A stretch of DNA of 36,167 nt from Elainellaceae cyanobacterium. Its GTDB lineage: Bacteria; Cyanobacteriota; Cyanobacteriia; CAZCXK01. A program made the translations under genes and the position numbers. The stretch covers positions 5,562 through 41,728 of the forward strand of contig JBNPEG010000225.1 of assembly GCA_051117555.1 (NCBI GenBank), read 5' to 3'. Of this stretch, positions 9,447 through 21,562 are shown piece after piece (position 1 is the stretch's first letter; the number at the start of each line of letters is the position of its first letter). Under the pieces are notes generated by a model. The model made no database searches, was not told the DNA's origin, and saw nothing but the letters and a program-made list of their open reading frames with translations.

Positions 9447-9461
9447 GTCTCAATCAAATCC

Positions 9462-10571
9462 TTAGATAGATACAGGAATATTCGAAGACGCAGCAAGCTC
9501 CTCTAGTCGTTCCTGCTGATCTTGAGAAATGCAAGCTTGAATCATAGACTCCAAATCACCTTCTAATGCAGGCGACAATGTGAAATTTTGCCCTAATCGG
9601 TGGTCAGTAACGCGATTGTCTTTGTAATTATAGGTGCGAATCTTTTCTGAACGAGAACCCGTCCCAACTTGCGATCGCCGCATCGAAGTCACTTCTTCCT
9701 TCTGCTCTCTAAGCTTCATTTCATAGAGTTTGGCCCGCAAGATCTGCATTGCACGTTCACGGTTTTGAAGCTGGGAACGTTCTTCGGTACAAAAAATACG
9801 GATTCCTGTTGGCGTATGAAATAAATCGACGGCTGTTTCAACTTTATTGACGTTCTGACCCCCCGCACCACCAGAACGAGCCGTTGTAATTTCAAGATCT
9901 TTCGGGTCAATGTCAACTTCGACATCGTCTACTTCGGGCATCACAGCGACTGTAGCAGTTGAGGTATGAACTCGCCCGCCTGCTTCGGTCACCGGAACTC
10001 GCTGAACCCGATGAACACCCGCTTCGAACTTAAGTTCACTATAAACCTGTTCGCCCTGAATCTCTAAAATTGCTTCCTTAAAACCTCCCATATCAGCCGG
10101 AGACTCGCTCACTAGCTTTACCCGCCAGCCTTGAGTCTCGGCGTACCGGGAATACATCCGAACTAAATCCCCAGCCCAAATGCTAGCTTCGTCTCCGCCA
10201 GCTCCTGCTCGAATTTCTAACATGATGTTTTTGTCATCATTCGGGTCGCGAGGGAGCAACAAAACCTTAAGACGCTGTTCTAACTGCTGAAGCTCTTCTT
10301 CCAATCCCTCAACTTCTAGCGCCGCCATTTCCCGGAGTTCAACATCACTTCCTGATTCTTTCAAAACCTGCCTTGCGCCTTTTACTTCATCTTGCTTGGC
10401 TTTCCACGTCTCGAAGGTCGTTACCGTTTCTTCTAATGAAGATCGAAGTTTAGCCAAACGCTGAAATTCGCTTGGATCAGATGCAATGTCTGGATCAGCC
10501 AACCGCCGAGTCAACTCATGGAAGGTTTGCTCAACAGACCTTAATTTATCAAGTAGATAAGATTCTGCCAT
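9462..10571 (-). CDS. prfA: Peptide chain release factor 1
   Basis: GGQ motif ([11 protein letters not shown]) and RF1-type PVT motif. Confidence 0.97.
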   Translation of the reverse strand: MAESYLLDKLRSVEQTFHELTRRLADPDIASDPSEFQRLAKLRSSLEETVTTFETWKAKQDEVKGARQVLKESGSDVELREMAALEVEGLEEELQQLEQRLKVLLLPRDPNDDKNIMLEIRAGAGGDEASIWAGDLVRMYSRYAETQGWRVKLVSESPADMGGFKEAILEIQGEQVYSELKFEAGVHRVQRVPVTEAGGRVHTSTATVAVMPEVDDVEVDIDPKDLEITTARSGGAGGQNVNKVETAVDLFHTPTGIRIFCTEERSQLQNRERAMQILRAKLYEMKLREQKEEVTSMRRSQVGTGSRSEKIRTYNYKDNRVTDHRLGQNFTLSPALEGDLESMIQACISQDQQERLEELAASSNIPVSI

Positions 10572-10727
10572 GGTGAACTTCGGTTAAAACGATACGCGAA
10601 TATACATTAGGATTTTTTTGAAGGCTGATTAGAGCTTCATTCAGTCTAGCTCTCTTGATTAATAGAGAGTGAAGGATAAAGGGGGAATACGACGAGCGTA
10701 TGTGACTCTAAAAGGAAACAGAGAAAA

Positions 10728-10967
10728 CTATTTCTTGTCTGCTGAGCCTTGATTCTCGGCGTCCAACATCCCATACTTCCGCATGAAGCGTTCTACTCGA
10801 CCTTCGGTATCGATAATCTTCTGAGTGCCCGTGTAGAAGGGATGATTACCTGACCAAACATCTACGTGCAATTCCGGCTTGGTTGAACCTACCGTCGTAA
10901 CCAATTCGCCGTTGCAATACACCTTTGCATCTGGATACCATTCTGGATGAATTCCAGGCTTAGCCAT
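10728..10967 (-). CDS. rpmE: 50S ribosomal protein L31 (non-zinc-ribbon type)
   Basis: MAKPGIHPEWY...DVWSGNHPFYTG..IDTEGRVERF. Confidence 0.96.
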   Translation of the reverse strand: MAKPGIHPEWYPDAKVYCNGELVTTVGSTKPELHVDVWSGNHPFYTGTQKIIDTEGRVERFMRKYGMLDAENQGSADKK

Positions 10968-11124
10968 AGTTACAGTCACTCCTTAAACTACTATCTAATC
11001 TTGCGAACTAGTTTCAACATCTATTCTAACGTTTAGCAAGAATCAGCATTTGATCAGAGTCTGCCACACTTGGGCTCTGACTCGTCATGCCAATTATCTT
11101 GCCAATTAGCGACCAACTTTTACG

Positions 11125-11538
11125 TTAGCGCTTGGAATACTGAGGTGCCTTGCGAGCCTTATGCAATCCATACTTTTTCCGTTCTTTACAGCGAGGATCT
11201 CGGGTCAAATACCCTTCAACCTTCAACGGCTTGCGATTCTCGGGATCAAGTTGGCAGAGAGCACGAGCAACTCCCAATCGAATGGATTCAGCTTGTCCTG
11301 TTAGACCTCCGCCCCTCACATTAACTAACACATCATATTCGCCTTCCAGTCCTAGCGTTTCAAGTGGAGCCTTAGCAGCCATCAAGTAGGCAGGATTAAA
11401 TTGCAGATACAGATCCCCAGATTTACCGTTGATGGATAATTCTCCATTGCCAGGAACTAAGCGAACACGCGCCACAGACGATTTGCGACGCCCTGTCCCC
11501 CAATACATTACACGGTTTGTTTTGTCAGTCGCTTGCAT
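11125..11538 (-). CDS. rpsI: 30S ribosomal protein S9
   Basis: [12 protein letters not shown]...GGGLTGQ...KAPQYSKR. Confidence 0.98.
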   Translation of the reverse strand: MQATDKTNRVMYWGTGRRKSSVARVRLVPGNGELSINGKSGDLYLQFNPAYLMAAKAPLETLGLEGEYDVLVNVRGGGLTGQAESIRLGVARALCQLDPENRKPLKVEGYLTRDPRCKERKKYGLHKARKAPQYSKR

Positions 11539-11993
11539 TACCGTTGTCCTCCGGGAATAGTACTAATGTTCAACACTTCGGGCTTTTGGGCTTGATGGGG
11601 ATGATCAGGTCCAGGATAGACCTTCAATTTAGTAAATAATTTTCGTCCAAGACTATTTTTAGGGAGCATCCCTTTTACCGCTTGCTCGATGATTCGTTCA
11701 GGAACTCGATTCTGAAGCTGTAGAAACGTTTCAGTTTTCATTCCGCCCGGACGACCAGAATGTCGACGATATAACTTTTGGATTCGTTTTCTACCGGTAA
11801 CATTCACCTTCTCAGCATTAACGACTACGACAAAGTCTCCCGTATCCATGTGAGGAGAATAAATGGGCTTATTTTTACCTCGCAGGATGTTTGCGATTTC
11901 GGTGGAAAGACGTCCCAATCGCTGCTCAGCAGCATCTACAACGTACCATTTACGGTCTAAGGTGTCCTGACTTGGAACATAGGTTTTGTTCAT
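11538..11993 (-). CDS. rplM: 50S ribosomal protein L13
   Basis: KWYVVDA..LGRL, PHMDTGD, GMLPKN; stop overlaps the rpsI start. Confidence 0.98.
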   Translation of the reverse strand: MNKTYVPSQDTLDRKWYVVDAAEQRLGRLSTEIANILRGKNKPIYSPHMDTGDFVVVVNAEKVNVTGRKRIQKLYRRHSGRPGGMKTETFLQLQNRVPERIIEQAVKGMLPKNSLGRKLFTKLKVYPGPDHPHQAQKPEVLNISTIPGGQR

Positions 11994-12119
11994 AATCATT
12001 GGTATCCGCTTATATCAACTTCACTAATTCAACGAGAAAACTAGATTGAGATTGGATCAACTTGGATCAACATCGAAGAGATTGTCGTCTATTCTCCGAT
12101 GACACTATCTCTGATAGAA

Positions 12120-13022
12120 CTATCCGGTCATAGCAGGTATAGTCTCTGGAGATTCAACTCTATTTAGGAGAAATGTAGGCTGAGTATCAAACCAGATGTC
12201 GGGTGGAAAGGGGCAGTCGGGATAACCAATACGCAACAAGCATAATCCATGCGGAGGGGCTGCATATTTAACGAGATCACGACGCTGATCCTGCCAAATT
12301 TTGGTGAAATTAGCGGGCGATCGCCATCCTCGCCCCACCTCAACAAGCATTCCGATCAAAAGGCGCATCATTCCATACAAAAACCCATTTGCTTGAACTT
12401 CTATACGAATGAAAGACCCTTCTCGAGTGCACGCTACGGATTGTACATCTACCCACGAATGCACCCGCTCTGATCCCGCTCGGCGGAAAGCCGCTAAATG
12501 ATGATGACCAATCATGGGATTGAGAGCCTCTCGCATTAGCGAATCATCTAGTGCATGATAGTAATGCCAAGTAAAGGGAGAGACAAAAATATTAGGCACT
12601 GGATCCGTATACAGCGTATAGCGATATCGGCGCCATGCGGCTGAGAATCGCGCATGCCAATCTGGTTCAACTGCCGCAGAAGCACGGATTAAAATCCCGT
12701 GAGGCAGACGATGATTTAGAATATCCGCCCAGCGATGCGCAGGAATGGCTGCAGGAGCATCAAAATGAGCAATTTGTGCTGCCGCATGAACTCCAGCATC
12801 TGTCCGCCCTGCTCCATGTATAGAGACAGATTGCCCAGCGACTGATTGAAGAACTTTTTCAATCTCTTCTTGAACAGTTTGATGCTGAGGCTGCCGTTGC
12901 CAACCATGAAAACAAGTGCCCAGGTATTGAATAACCAGGGCAACCCTTTGTATCTTCTCGGATGCTAACCGTGCTTGGCTAGAACCTGGAAGACTCGATG
13001 GTTCAGACAAACGCTCAGACAT
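12120..13022 (-). CDS. truA: tRNA pseudouridine(38-40) synthase
   Basis: YLGTCFHGWQRQ, GRTDAGVHA, FLYGMMR motifs; conserved position in the cluster. Confidence 0.96.
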   Translation of the reverse strand: MSERLSEPSSLPGSSQARLASEKIQRVALVIQYLGTCFHGWQRQPQHQTVQEEIEKVLQSVAGQSVSIHGAGRTDAGVHAAAQIAHFDAPAAIPAHRWADILNHRLPHGILIRASAAVEPDWHARFSAAWRRYRYTLYTDPVPNIFVSPFTWHYYHALDDSLMREALNPMIGHHHLAAFRRAGSERVHSWVDVQSVACTREGSFIRIEVQANGFLYGMMRLLIGMLVEVGRGWRSPANFTKIWQDQRRDLVKYAAPPHGLCLLRIGYPDCPFPPDIWFDTQPTFLLNRVESPETIPAMTG

Positions 13023-13038
13023 ATCAGAGCAACAAACC

Positions 13039-13389
13039 TCAAGTCAATTCTATAATCGCCATCTCGGCATTATCACCTCGACGTTTGACAGTTCGTAAAA
13101 TCCTGGTGTAGCCACCTGCACGACTTCCATATCTGTTATTAGCACCCTCGAAGAGAGCATGAACAAGTTGTTTGTCGTACATATAGCCCATTGCTTGGCG
13201 TCGAGCAGCTAATGAACCATCTTTAGCGAGAGAAACCATTTTCTCTGCCTCAGCACGAACCGCTTTTGCTCTAGCCTTAGTCGTTGTAATTCGCCCATGG
13301 CGAATTAATTCCGTCGTCAGGGCTCTAAGCAAAGCACGACGCTGATCAGCAGGTTTACCAAGTTGATGAACACGACAACGATGACGCAT
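13039..13389 (-). CDS. rplQ: 50S ribosomal protein L17
   Basis: [22 protein letters not shown]...RAGGYTRI. Confidence 0.98.
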   Translation of the reverse strand: MRHRCRVHQLGKPADQRRALLRALTTELIRHGRITTTKARAKAVRAEAEKMVSLAKDGSLAARRQAMGYMYDKQLVHALFEGANNRYGSRAGGYTRILRTVKRRGDNAEMAIIELT

Positions 13390-13505
13390 GACTAAAATCG
13401 ACACTCAATAAAATGAACAAAACACAAGGAGGCTTATCACGAGATGAGGCGTTCAAACCCTAAAGGTAAGAAACACATAGTGTCCCCATCCTGCACGGCT
13501 CTTTT

Positions 13506-14453
13506 CTAGTTTGCCTTAGCAGACTTTTCATGGGGTAACGTAATTCCCAAGCGAGATTGAAGCGCTTCAATGACTTCCTCAGCTGATTTGGCACCAAAAT
13601 TCTTAATTTCCAGCAAGTCTTCTTGCGTATAATCTAGCAAGTCAGCAACGGAATTAATCTGAGCTCGCTTTAAGCAATTGTAAGCCCTGACAGAGAGCTG
13701 AAGCTCTTCAATTGGAATCTGGCTCTCAGGATTTTCATCAGGGATATCGCCATCATCAATCGGAGCAAACGTAATATCTTTAAGCGGATTAAACAAGTCA
13801 ACCAGAATATTCGCAGCCTGACTCAAAGCCTCTTGCGGTGTCAAACTACCGTTGGTCCAAATATCCATGATTAATCGATCTTTCTCCAGAGACCCTCCAA
13901 CGCGAGCGTCTTCCACGGTGTAATTCACCTTTCGAATCGGCATGAACACTGCATCGATTTGAAGGAAATCCAAGGCCGCCGTTTCGTCTCGTCCTCGTTC
14001 GACCGCACGATATCCAATCCCTGTTTCGATGCGAAACTCCATTTCCAAGGTCGAGCCTGGTGAAACTGTCGCAACATAATGAGAAGGATTAATGATTTCC
14101 ACTTCTGCTGGCAAATCGAAGTGTTCAGCAGTTACGGTCGCATCTCCTTGAACCAACAACCGACCAATTTGAGGCTGAGGTGAGTAAGTCTTCAAAACAA
14201 TCTCTTTCATGTTTAGAAGAATATCTAGTACATCTTCTCTAACCCCAGGAACAGTCGTAAATTCATGAGTGACACCCGCAATGCGAACGGCAGTGACTGC
14301 AGCTCCTGGCAAGTTAGACAACAATACTCGCCTTAGCGCATTTCCGACCGTTATTCCCTGGCCACGCTCGAGAGGCTCTAGAACAAACCTGCTATATAAA
14401 CTCTGATCATCACCTGTATCTGACTCAATGCATTCAACTTGGAACTGTGCCAT
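13506..14453 (-). CDS. rpoA: RNA polymerase alpha subunit
   Basis: LEPLERGQGITVGNALRRVLLS and alphaCTD IEELQLSVRAYNCLKR. ATG at 14453 follows a GGAGG SD. Confidence 0.98.
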   Translation of the reverse strand: MAQFQVECIESDTGDDQSLYSRFVLEPLERGQGITVGNALRRVLLSNLPGAAVTAVRIAGVTHEFTTVPGVREDVLDILLNMKEIVLKTYSPQPQIGRLLVQGDATVTAEHFDLPAEVEIINPSHYVATVSPGSTLEMEFRIETGIGYRAVERGRDETAALDFLQIDAVFMPIRKVNYTVEDARVGGSLEKDRLIMDIWTNGSLTPQEALSQAANILVDLFNPLKDITFAPIDDGDIPDENPESQIPIEELQLSVRAYNCLKRAQINSVADLLDYTQEDLLEIKNFGAKSAEEVIEALQSRLGITLPHEKSAKAN

Positions 14454-14603
14454 TGACCAACCTCCCTCTTCCTTGAAGACAGAAATACAAAAGTATCTCT
14501 GCACAAAATCTGTTCACAAAAGCCAAATTGAGGCAGCAACTTCAATAGCAACCTCAACCAACTGAAATACAGTTACCAACCCCCAAACTACTGACTGCCA
14601 ATA

Positions 14604-14999
14604 TTAAACTCGTCTACGCTTAGGAGGACGACAACCATTGTGAGGAATAGGAGTGACATCTCGGATCAGCGTGATCTCTAAACCTGCACCTTGCAAAGCA
14701 CGAATAGCGGTCTCCCGGCCTGCCCCGGGGCCACTAACCATCACTTCTACTTGCCTCATACCCTGGTCTGCTGCACGACGAGCCGCGCCTTCTGCCGCAG
14801 TCTGAGCGGCGAAGGGAGTTCCTTTTTTGGCGCCTTTGAAGCCGCTCGAACCGGACGAAGCCCAAGAAATAGCTTCGCCATTCATATCGGTAATCGTGAC
14901 AATCGTATTATTGAATGTAGAACGGATGTGAGCCACACCACTTGGTACATTACGTTTGGCCTTTTTAGGACCTGTCCTCTTAGTAGGTTGTCTTGCCAT
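14604..14999 (-). CDS. rpsK: 30S ribosomal protein S11
   Basis: [27 protein letters not shown]. Confidence 0.98.
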   Translation of the reverse strand: MARQPTKRTGPKKAKRNVPSGVAHIRSTFNNTIVTITDMNGEAISWASSGSSGFKGAKKGTPFAAQTAAEGAARRAADQGMRQVEVMVSGPGAGRETAIRALQGAGLEITLIRDVTPIPHNGCRPPKRRRV

Positions 15000-15194
15000 A
15001 TTTTGATGCCTTCAACAAAATTTGTATAAACGAAACGAGGCTACGAAGCTTTACAAAATGCTTAACCTCATTGCGAGTTGCAATAGCATAGGAGGCAAAA
15101 ATGTTCCTCGATGGAAGATATTTCTTGCTGCTACTTCTATGGTCTGCTCAGCAAATCGATCGGATAGATGGAAGAGAAACTATATCCTTGAATG

Positions 15195-15578
15195 TTATTT
15201 CTTGGACGGCGTCTTCTTCTTACCCGCAACCGTGCGACGTGAACCGCGCCGGGTGCGCGCATTTGTACGAGTTCTCTGACCTCGTACCGGCAAACCCATG
15301 CGATGACGGCGTCCTCGATAAGTCCCAATATCCATCAGGCGCTTGATATTAACCGTTTCCAGCCGTCTTAAATCCCCTTCAATTTGATAATTGGTTTCGA
15401 CTGTCTCTCTAAGGGCAGCGACATCAGAATCGCTTAAATCTTTAACCCGAACGTCAGGATTCACCCCGGTTTTACTCAAGACTTCTTTCGACCGCGTCAA
15501 TCCAATTCCATAAATATAGGTAAGACCTATCTCAATACGTTTATCACGAGGGAGGTCAACTCCAGCGATGCGTGCCAC
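15195..15578 (-). CDS. rpsM: 30S ribosomal protein S13
   Basis: [35 protein letters not shown]. Confidence 0.98.
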   Translation of the reverse strand: MARIAGVDLPRDKRIEIGLTYIYGIGLTRSKEVLSKTGVNPDVRVKDLSDSDVAALRETVETNYQIEGDLRRLETVNIKRLMDIGTYRGRRHRMGLPVRGQRTRTNARTRRGSRRTVAGKKKTPSKK

Positions 15579-15651
15579 GCTTCACTCTCCAATTTTTATG
15601 TCACAGCTGCAAATTCATCTGGTAAATGTCAACGCCAACGCCCAAACCTTA

Positions 15652-15765
15652 CTAACCTTGGCGCTGCTTGTGCTTAGGGTTACTGCAAATTACCATCACT
15701 CTGCCGCGACGGCGAATAACCCGACATTTGTCGCACATTTTTCTAACCGAGGGCCTAACCTTCAT
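15652..15765 (-). CDS. rpmJ: 50S ribosomal protein L36
   Basis: Manual translation [37 protein letters not shown] (37 aa, below the ORF-track cutoff). Confidence 0.97.
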   Translation of the reverse strand: MKVRPSVRKMCDKCRVIRRRGRVMVICSNPKHKQRQG

Positions 15766-15902
15766 ACCCCGCAAAGTCCACTAACAACACTACAAACGAT
15801 TTATTCTAACACGAATCATTCATAAATGATTGAATAAACAATCTTGAAGATTTTCGCTCATCACGACATGTTAGATCACTTTAACTGCTCAGACTTTTCT
15901 GA

Positions 15903-16127
15903 TTATTTTTTACGAAGCCGGTAGGTGATCCGCCCCTTGGTCAAATCGTAAGGCGTTAACTCTACCTTGACTCGATCCCCCGGAAGAATCTTGATGTAGT
16001 TTCGTCGAATTTTGCCAGATATATGAGCTAGGACATTAAACCCATTATCTAAGTCAACACGAAACATAGCATTGGGAAGCGAATCCGTTACTGTCCCTTC
16101 CATTTCGATCAAATCTTGTTTGGACAA
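15903..16127 (-). CDS. infA: Translation initiation factor IF-1
   Basis: (L/M)[36 protein letters not shown] start after a GAGG SD. Confidence 0.97.
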   Translation of the reverse strand: MSKQDLIEMEGTVTDSLPNAMFRVDLDNGFNVLAHISGKIRRNYIKILPGDRVKVELTPYDLTKGRITYRLRKK

Positions 16128-16390
16128 TTCATTATTCCTCAACTCAACAGAATGACATGGACAACAATCTGGGGTGAATCTTCTTTGGAAAATCTCATCC
16201 CACAGAGGTTAATAATTAAGTTTCAAAAGTTCCACATCCCATCCAGCTCAAGGTTAACAAATGTTCATGGAAACAACAGTCGAAAATTCACATTGCTAAA
16301 TTCAAAATAAACGAATCTCCGATAGCTCAAGAGCGAAAAATCGCATCGAGAATCGACGTTGTTGGCAATCGAGTATGTCTCAAATTCACT

Positions 16391-17698
16391 CTATTGCTTA
16401 ACCATTCCTTCATAGCGCTGAGAAATAACGTATGTCTGTATTTGCTTAGCAGTATCGATGGCAACACCTACGAGAATCAACAATGAAGTTGCCCCTAATC
16501 CTTGAAACGTTGTTACGCGAGTTGCACTTTCAACAGCAGTCGGAATAATTGCCACCATACCTAAGAAAATAGCGCCCAAAAATGTTAAGCGATTTAGAAC
16601 CCGCTCTAGATATTCGCTAGTAGCTCGGCCTGGACGAATACCCGGAATACTGGCACCCATTTTCTTCAAGTTTTGCGACATATCAACGGGATTGACAATC
16701 AGAGATGCATAAAAATAACTAAAAAACAGGATTAAGGCTAAATAAACAACGACATATAGCCAACTTCCTGGCCTTAAAGCATTAACGATATTCGAGAGAG
16801 ACTCGTTCGGAATAAACTGTGCCAACGATGCAGGCAGAATGAGTACAGCGGAGGCAAAAATGATTGGCATAACGCCGCCCTGATTCAGACGGAGTGGAAG
16901 GTAGCTGCTCTTTTCTAAATATGTCCGCCGACCTACTTGCCGCCGAGCTGAAATAATGGGAATGCGTCGTGTGCCCTCTTGCACAAAGACAATCCCAATG
17001 ATCATGACCAAGAAAACTAGCAATAGAATGATAATTCCACCGACAAGACTGCGATCGCCCCCCTGTGCCAAATCAATGGTCTGCCCTAGAGAGCGGGGCA
17101 AGGTTGAGACAATATTGACAAAAATCAATAATGAAGCGCCGTTGCCAATACCACGCTCTGTAATTAGTTCGCCTATCCACATGACAAACATAGAACCTGC
17201 GCTCAACGCAAGAACTGTTCCAGCGACAAAAACAGGACCTGGGTTTTCAGCAAACGCATTGACAAATAGGGAGATGCCTACGCTTTGTAGAACAGCCCAG
17301 CCTAGAGCAACATAGCGAGTAATTTGAGAGATTTTGCGCCGTCCCGCTTCGCCCTCATTTTTCTGAAGATCTTCCAAACTAGGAATTGCAGCGGTCAGTA
17401 GCTGCATAATGATTGAGGCATTGATGTATGGGATAATGCCGAGCGCAAAAATTCCGAGCAAGGAAAGCCCGCCTCCAGAAAATATGTCCAGAAAGCCGAC
17501 AATTCCCCCCAATCCACTGGCTTCAATCCCACTTTGGAATGCCTGCAAATTGATTCCGGGTACCGGAATAAACACTCCTAAACGAACCAAAATGAGCATG
17601 CCGATAGTGGCAAGCAGTCGGCCTCTAAGTCCGGCTGCTTGAGCCATCTGCATAAACGTTTCCTGAGCTGTTGGAGATTTGTCTCGACTAACGACCAT
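16391..17698 (-). CDS. secY: Preprotein translocase subunit SecY
   Basis: FALGIIPYINASII, GIGNGASLLIF, IPGIRPG motifs; multiple TM segments. Confidence 0.98.
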   Translation of the reverse strand: MVVSRDKSPTAQETFMQMAQAAGLRGRLLATIGMLILVRLGVFIPVPGINLQAFQSGIEASGLGGIVGFLDIFSGGGLSLLGIFALGIIPYINASIIMQLLTAAIPSLEDLQKNEGEAGRRKISQITRYVALGWAVLQSVGISLFVNAFAENPGPVFVAGTVLALSAGSMFVMWIGELITERGIGNGASLLIFVNIVSTLPRSLGQTIDLAQGGDRSLVGGIIILLLVFLVMIIGIVFVQEGTRRIPIISARRQVGRRTYLEKSSYLPLRLNQGGVMPIIFASAVLILPASLAQFIPNESLSNIVNALRPGSWLYVVVYLALILFFSYFYASLIVNPVDMSQNLKKMGASIPGIRPGRATSEYLERVLNRLTFLGAIFLGMVAIIPTAVESATRVTTFQGLGATSLLILVGVAIDTAKQIQTYVISQRYEGMVKQ

Positions 17699-17906
17699 AC
17701 AGGCGTCCCTAATAAAGTTTGAAATCTTTTGCGAAGGTTATACTACTTGCTATATTTTCTAGAATAACCTTATCCCTACATAGATAAAACTTAAAAATTG
17801 AGCAATGCAGGTGGAAGAGCGAGTCAATTGTTGAAAATGGACGACATGCACTTAGTCCTTGAGGTTTATAAGACTATCTGGTGAATTCCGAGTTCGCTAA
17901 ATGGCC

Positions 17907-18377
17907 CTATGGCTCATTACCTTCCACGGAGTTATTAACGAATTCACATCGACCACCTGCTGCGTCAATTTTGGCTCGAGCTGCTCGGGTAAAGTTCGAG
18001 GCATAGACAGTAAGAGGTACGTCTATTTCGCCATCCCCTAAGATTTTTAAGGGGCCGTCATCACATGTGATGATCCCAAGCTGCATCAATGAAAACAAAC
18101 TCACTTCTGTATTAGGGTCTAAATGGGCTAATCGCCCGACATTGATGACTGTGTAGTTGAGTCGGTTGATGACCGTAAAGTGCTTTAGCTTAGGTATCCG
18201 ACGATATAGCGGAAGCTGGCCTCCCTCAAAACCGGGACGAGTACCACGCCCTGAGCGAGACTTCTGACCCCGCATACCGAATCCACCACTTGCACCTTGT
18301 CCAGCAGAAATGCCTCGACCGATTCGTCGTCGTCGTCGTTTAGATCCTGATTTAGGTAAGGCGTCTTGTATTCTCAT
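17907..18377 (-). CDS. rplO: 50S ribosomal protein L15
   Basis: [23 protein letters not shown]. Confidence 0.97.
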   Translation of the reverse strand: MRIQDALPKSGSKRRRRRIGRGISAGQGASGGFGMRGQKSRSGRGTRPGFEGGQLPLYRRIPKLKHFTVINRLNYTVINVGRLAHLDPNTEVSLFSLMQLGIITCDDGPLKILGDGEIDVPLTVYASNFTRAARAKIDAAGGRCEFVNNSVEGNEP

Positions 18378-18427
18378 AATCGAATCCTAATGTTCTGATG
18401 TCTGGGTAGTTCAGGAAATTCTATAGA

Positions 18428-18949
18428 TTATGCGTAAAGGCGCTCGATCGGAACGCCCCTCTCCTCTGCAACTTCAGCAAAGGTGCGAAGAGAGTCTAAC
18501 GCACCCGTAGCAGCACGAGCATTATTGAGAGGATTGTCAGAACCTAACTGCTTAGCCAAGATATTGCGGACACCTGCAAGCTCCAGCACCGTGCGAACTG
18601 CACCGCCAGCGATTACCCCTGTACCTGGACCAGCCGGTCTCATCATAACTTTGGCACCTCCGCTGACACCATTAGCAGGATGTGAAATAGAGTTTGAGCG
18701 GGTTAAAGGAACATCTACTAAGTGCTTCTTAGCATCTGATACGCCCTTGCGCACAGCCCCAATAACATCACTTGCTTTGCCGACTCCAACTCCCACTTGG
18801 CCTCGTTCGTTGCCAACAACTACAACGGCACGGAAACTCAAGGTTTTACCGCCTTTTACGACTTTCGTGACACGACGGATTTGAACAACTCTTTCTTGCC
18901 AATCAGTTTCCTTTTCACGAGCTCGATTACTCTTGCGACGATTTGCCAT
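18428..18949 (-). CDS. rpsE: 30S ribosomal protein S5
   Basis: [21 protein letters not shown]. Confidence 0.98.
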   Translation of the reverse strand: MANRRKSNRAREKETDWQERVVQIRRVTKVVKGGKTLSFRAVVVVGNERGQVGVGVGKASDVIGAVRKGVSDAKKHLVDVPLTRSNSISHPANGVSGGAKVMMRPAGPGTGVIAGGAVRTVLELAGVRNILAKQLGSDNPLNNARAATGALDSLRTFAEVAEERGVPIERLYA

Positions 18950-19057
18950 GTCTTGAATCTCCTTAGCTACACTTACCCATTAACCGCAACCTTTCTTAAT
19001 TGGAAAAATGCCTTTGTGTGCAATTAGCCCATGCCTGCTCTGTATGGTTTGGCATAG

Positions 19058-19420
19058 CTAAAAATCTAAGCCTGCTTCTCTGGCCGCTTCTGCTAAGGCC
19101 TTGACACGTCCGTGGTAGAGCTTACCGCCTCGGTCAAAGACAACTTGATTAATTCCTTTCTTAATTAATCTTTCTGCAACTAGCTTACCAACGTGACTTG
19201 ATGATTCACAGTTTTGGCTGGAGACTAACTCTGCTTTAAGATCGGAATCTAGAGTCGAGGCGGATTCGATCGTCCGATGATTGATATCATCAATAGCCTG
19301 CACGTAAATGTGCTGGTTTGAGCGAAATACCGCAAGACGGGGACGATCTGAGGTTCCAAAAACCCTGCGTCGAATGCGGGCGTGACGGCGATGTGTGGAT
19401 TCTTTGCGAGTCAGCTTCAT
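19058..19420 (-). CDS. rplR: 50S ribosomal protein L18
   Basis: [30 protein letters not shown]. Confidence 0.98.
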   Translation of the reverse strand: MKLTRKESTHRRHARIRRRVFGTSDRPRLAVFRSNQHIYVQAIDDINHRTIESASTLDSDLKAELVSSQNCESSSHVGKLVAERLIKKGINQVVFDRGGKLYHGRVKALAEAAREAGLDF

Positions 19421-19423
19421 AAT

Positions 19424-19963
19424 CTATTTCTTCCCTGCCTTACCTGCCTTGCGTCTGACCATTTCTCCAGAGTAACGAATGCCTTTGCCTTTATAGGGTT
19501 CGGGGGGACGGACGGATCGAATCTTAGCAGCGATGTTCCCGACCATTTCCTTATCGATTCCGCTAACTAGGACATTGGTATTTGCTTCTACGGCAACCTG
19601 AACTCCATCGGGTGGTTCAATCTGGACTGGATTACTGTAACCGACGTTGAGAACCAAATTTCTCCCTTGCACCTGAGCTCGGTAACCGACTCCTTGAATC
19701 TCCAATCGCTTTTGGAATCCTTGTGAGACCCCTTCAACCATGTTGGAAATCAAGGTTCGACAAAGACCATGCATTTGTCGAGCCACACGCGACTCACTCC
19801 GACGTTTAACCCAAATGGATTCTCCTTCTTGAGAAATTTGAACCTCAGCGGGTAAAGTTCTAGAAAGTTCACCTTTTGGTCCCTTCACAGCAACGTGTTG
19901 ACCTTGAATATCAACAGATACTTTAGGCGGAATGCTGATAGGTCGTTTACCAATTCGAGACAT
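19424..19963 (-). CDS. rplF: 50S ribosomal protein L6
   Basis: [20 protein letters not shown]. Confidence 0.98.
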   Translation of the reverse strand: MSRIGKRPISIPPKVSVDIQGQHVAVKGPKGELSRTLPAEVQISQEGESIWVKRRSESRVARQMHGLCRTLISNMVEGVSQGFQKRLEIQGVGYRAQVQGRNLVLNVGYSNPVQIEPPDGVQVAVEANTNVLVSGIDKEMVGNIAAKIRSVRPPEPYKGKGIRYSGEMVRRKAGKAGKK

Positions 19964-20107
19964 AGCTGAATACTCCTATATGAAGTGCTCAAAAATGAGC
20001 CTGAGGTAATGTGAAATAATTTACCTAACCAAGAGCAAGAACTCCTTACGTGAGCGTTGAGAACAATTGCTGAATGCGACACCCATAAACCAGTTCTCGA
20101 AAAACGA

Positions 20108-20509
20108 CTACCATACGTAGCACAATACTTCACCGCCGAGCCCCTGGTGCCGAGCATCGCGATCTGTCATGATCCCCCTGGACGTGGATATGATCGCAAC
20201 TCCAATACCTCCTAGAACTCTAGGAAGCTCTTTGCGATTAGAATATACTCTCAACCCAGGTTTGCTAATGCGCTGCAGCTTCCGAATGATGGGTCGACGA
20301 GTCTTACCCGTGTATTTCAGCGAAATGACTAGCTTACGCTTTATACCTTCTCCGTCTTCAGAAAAATCGACGATGAATCCCTCGTCTCGAAGAACAGTAG
20401 CGATGCTACGAGTCATTTTCGTAGAAGGGACTTCTGTAACTTGATGCCGCGCCAAACTAGCATTTCGAATCCGCGTCAGCATATCTGCAATTGTGTCGTT
20501 AGACGCCAT
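20108..20509 (-). CDS. rpsH: 30S ribosomal protein S8
   Basis: [30 protein letters not shown]. Confidence 0.98.
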   Translation of the reverse strand: MASNDTIADMLTRIRNASLARHQVTEVPSTKMTRSIATVLRDEGFIVDFSEDGEGIKRKLVISLKYTGKTRRPIIRKLQRISKPGLRVYSNRKELPRVLGGIGVAIISTSRGIMTDRDARHQGLGGEVLCYVW

Positions 20510-20533
20510 AGCTTCCTCTTGATTAAAGTTCTC

Positions 20534-21082
20534 TCACTTCTCCCGGAAGGGCATACCCATTTCTCGAAGTAGGGCACGACCTTCCTCATCAGTATTTGCA
20601 GTAGTGACAATTGAAATATCCATGCCGCGAATCTGATCGATTGCGTCATAATCCACTTCTGGAAAAATAAGCTGTTCTCGAAGTCCTAAAGTATAGTTCC
20701 CTCGCCCATCAAAGCTGTTTGCGCTGATGCCGCGAAAATCTCGAATACGAGGCAGTGCGAGATTGATTAGTCGATCGAGGAACGAATACATTCTCTCTGA
20801 CCGAAGGGTAACCATAATGCCGACCGGCATACCCTTACGAATCTTAAAACCCGCGATCGCCTTTTTTGCCCGTGTTACGACTGGCTTCTGCCCAGTTATG
20901 GAGGCAATTTCAGCTAATGAAGCTTCGAGCGCTCTTGCGTTCTGCGCGGCTTCTCCTAAACCTCGATTCACTGTGACTTTAACCAGTTTCGGAGCTTGAT
21001 GGATATTTGAATACTGAAATTCATCCATCAATTTAGGCACAATAGTGTCGTAATAAAGAGTTTTCAATCGTGTCGCTGGCAT
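20534..21082 (-). CDS. rplE: 50S ribosomal protein L5
   Basis: [26 protein letters not shown]. Confidence 0.98.
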   Translation of the reverse strand: MPATRLKTLYYDTIVPKLMDEFQYSNIHQAPKLVKVTVNRGLGEAAQNARALEASLAEIASITGQKPVVTRAKKAIAGFKIRKGMPVGIMVTLRSERMYSFLDRLINLALPRIRDFRGISANSFDGRGNYTLGLREQLIFPEVDYDAIDQIRGMDISIVTTANTDEEGRALLREMGMPFREK

Positions 21083-21211
21083 TTCAGGTGTCCTCACTTT
21101 CTCTGGTCTTGGTCAGAGAATTACTAAATTATTGATTGGGATGCCACTTTTGAAATTGACTGTTGGAAATTACTCAAGTCAAGCTTGAATAGACCTGGTC
21201 ATATAGCTAAC

Positions 21212-21562
21212 TTAGTCAATAATTTCCCCAGTCTTTTTTAACATTCTCACTTTTCGACCATCCGAGTCATAGGTATAGCAAATACGGCTTGCCACCTTCT
21301 GTTTGCTTGAATAAAGCATCACATTAGAACTGTGAATGGGGGCCTCGAAGGTTGTAATCTGCCCAGACTCACCTTCTTGCTGGGGTTTAACATGTTTAGT
21401 CTTAATGTTGACTCCCTGAATCACTACCTGGCTTGACTTAGGAAGCGTGCGAAGAATTTCACCGACTTTGCCCTTCTCTTTGCCAGCAATGACCTGAACG
21501 GTGTCTCCCTTCTTGACGTGCATCTTATAACGGGTGGGCAGGAGCAAATTTGATTTAGACAC
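21212..21562 (-). CDS. rplX: 50S ribosomal protein L24
   Basis: [23 protein letters not shown] motif, EAPIHSSNV. Confidence 0.97.
   Translation of the reverse strand: MSKSNLLLPTRYKMHVKKGDTVQVIAGKEKGKVGEILRTLPKSSQVVIQGVNIKTKHVKPQQEGESGQITTFEAPIHSSNVMLYSSKQKVASRICYTYDSDGRKVRMLKKTGEIID

Noticed and set aside
12052..12071. 10-bp duplication TTGGATCAAC x2 between truA and rplM
   Set aside because: Single short duplication, most likely replication slippage.
16116..16390. adk pseudogene or replacement small ORF (16116-16310 +)
   Set aside because: No adenylate kinase motif was found, and the plus-strand ORF is antisense to the operon and overlaps infA.
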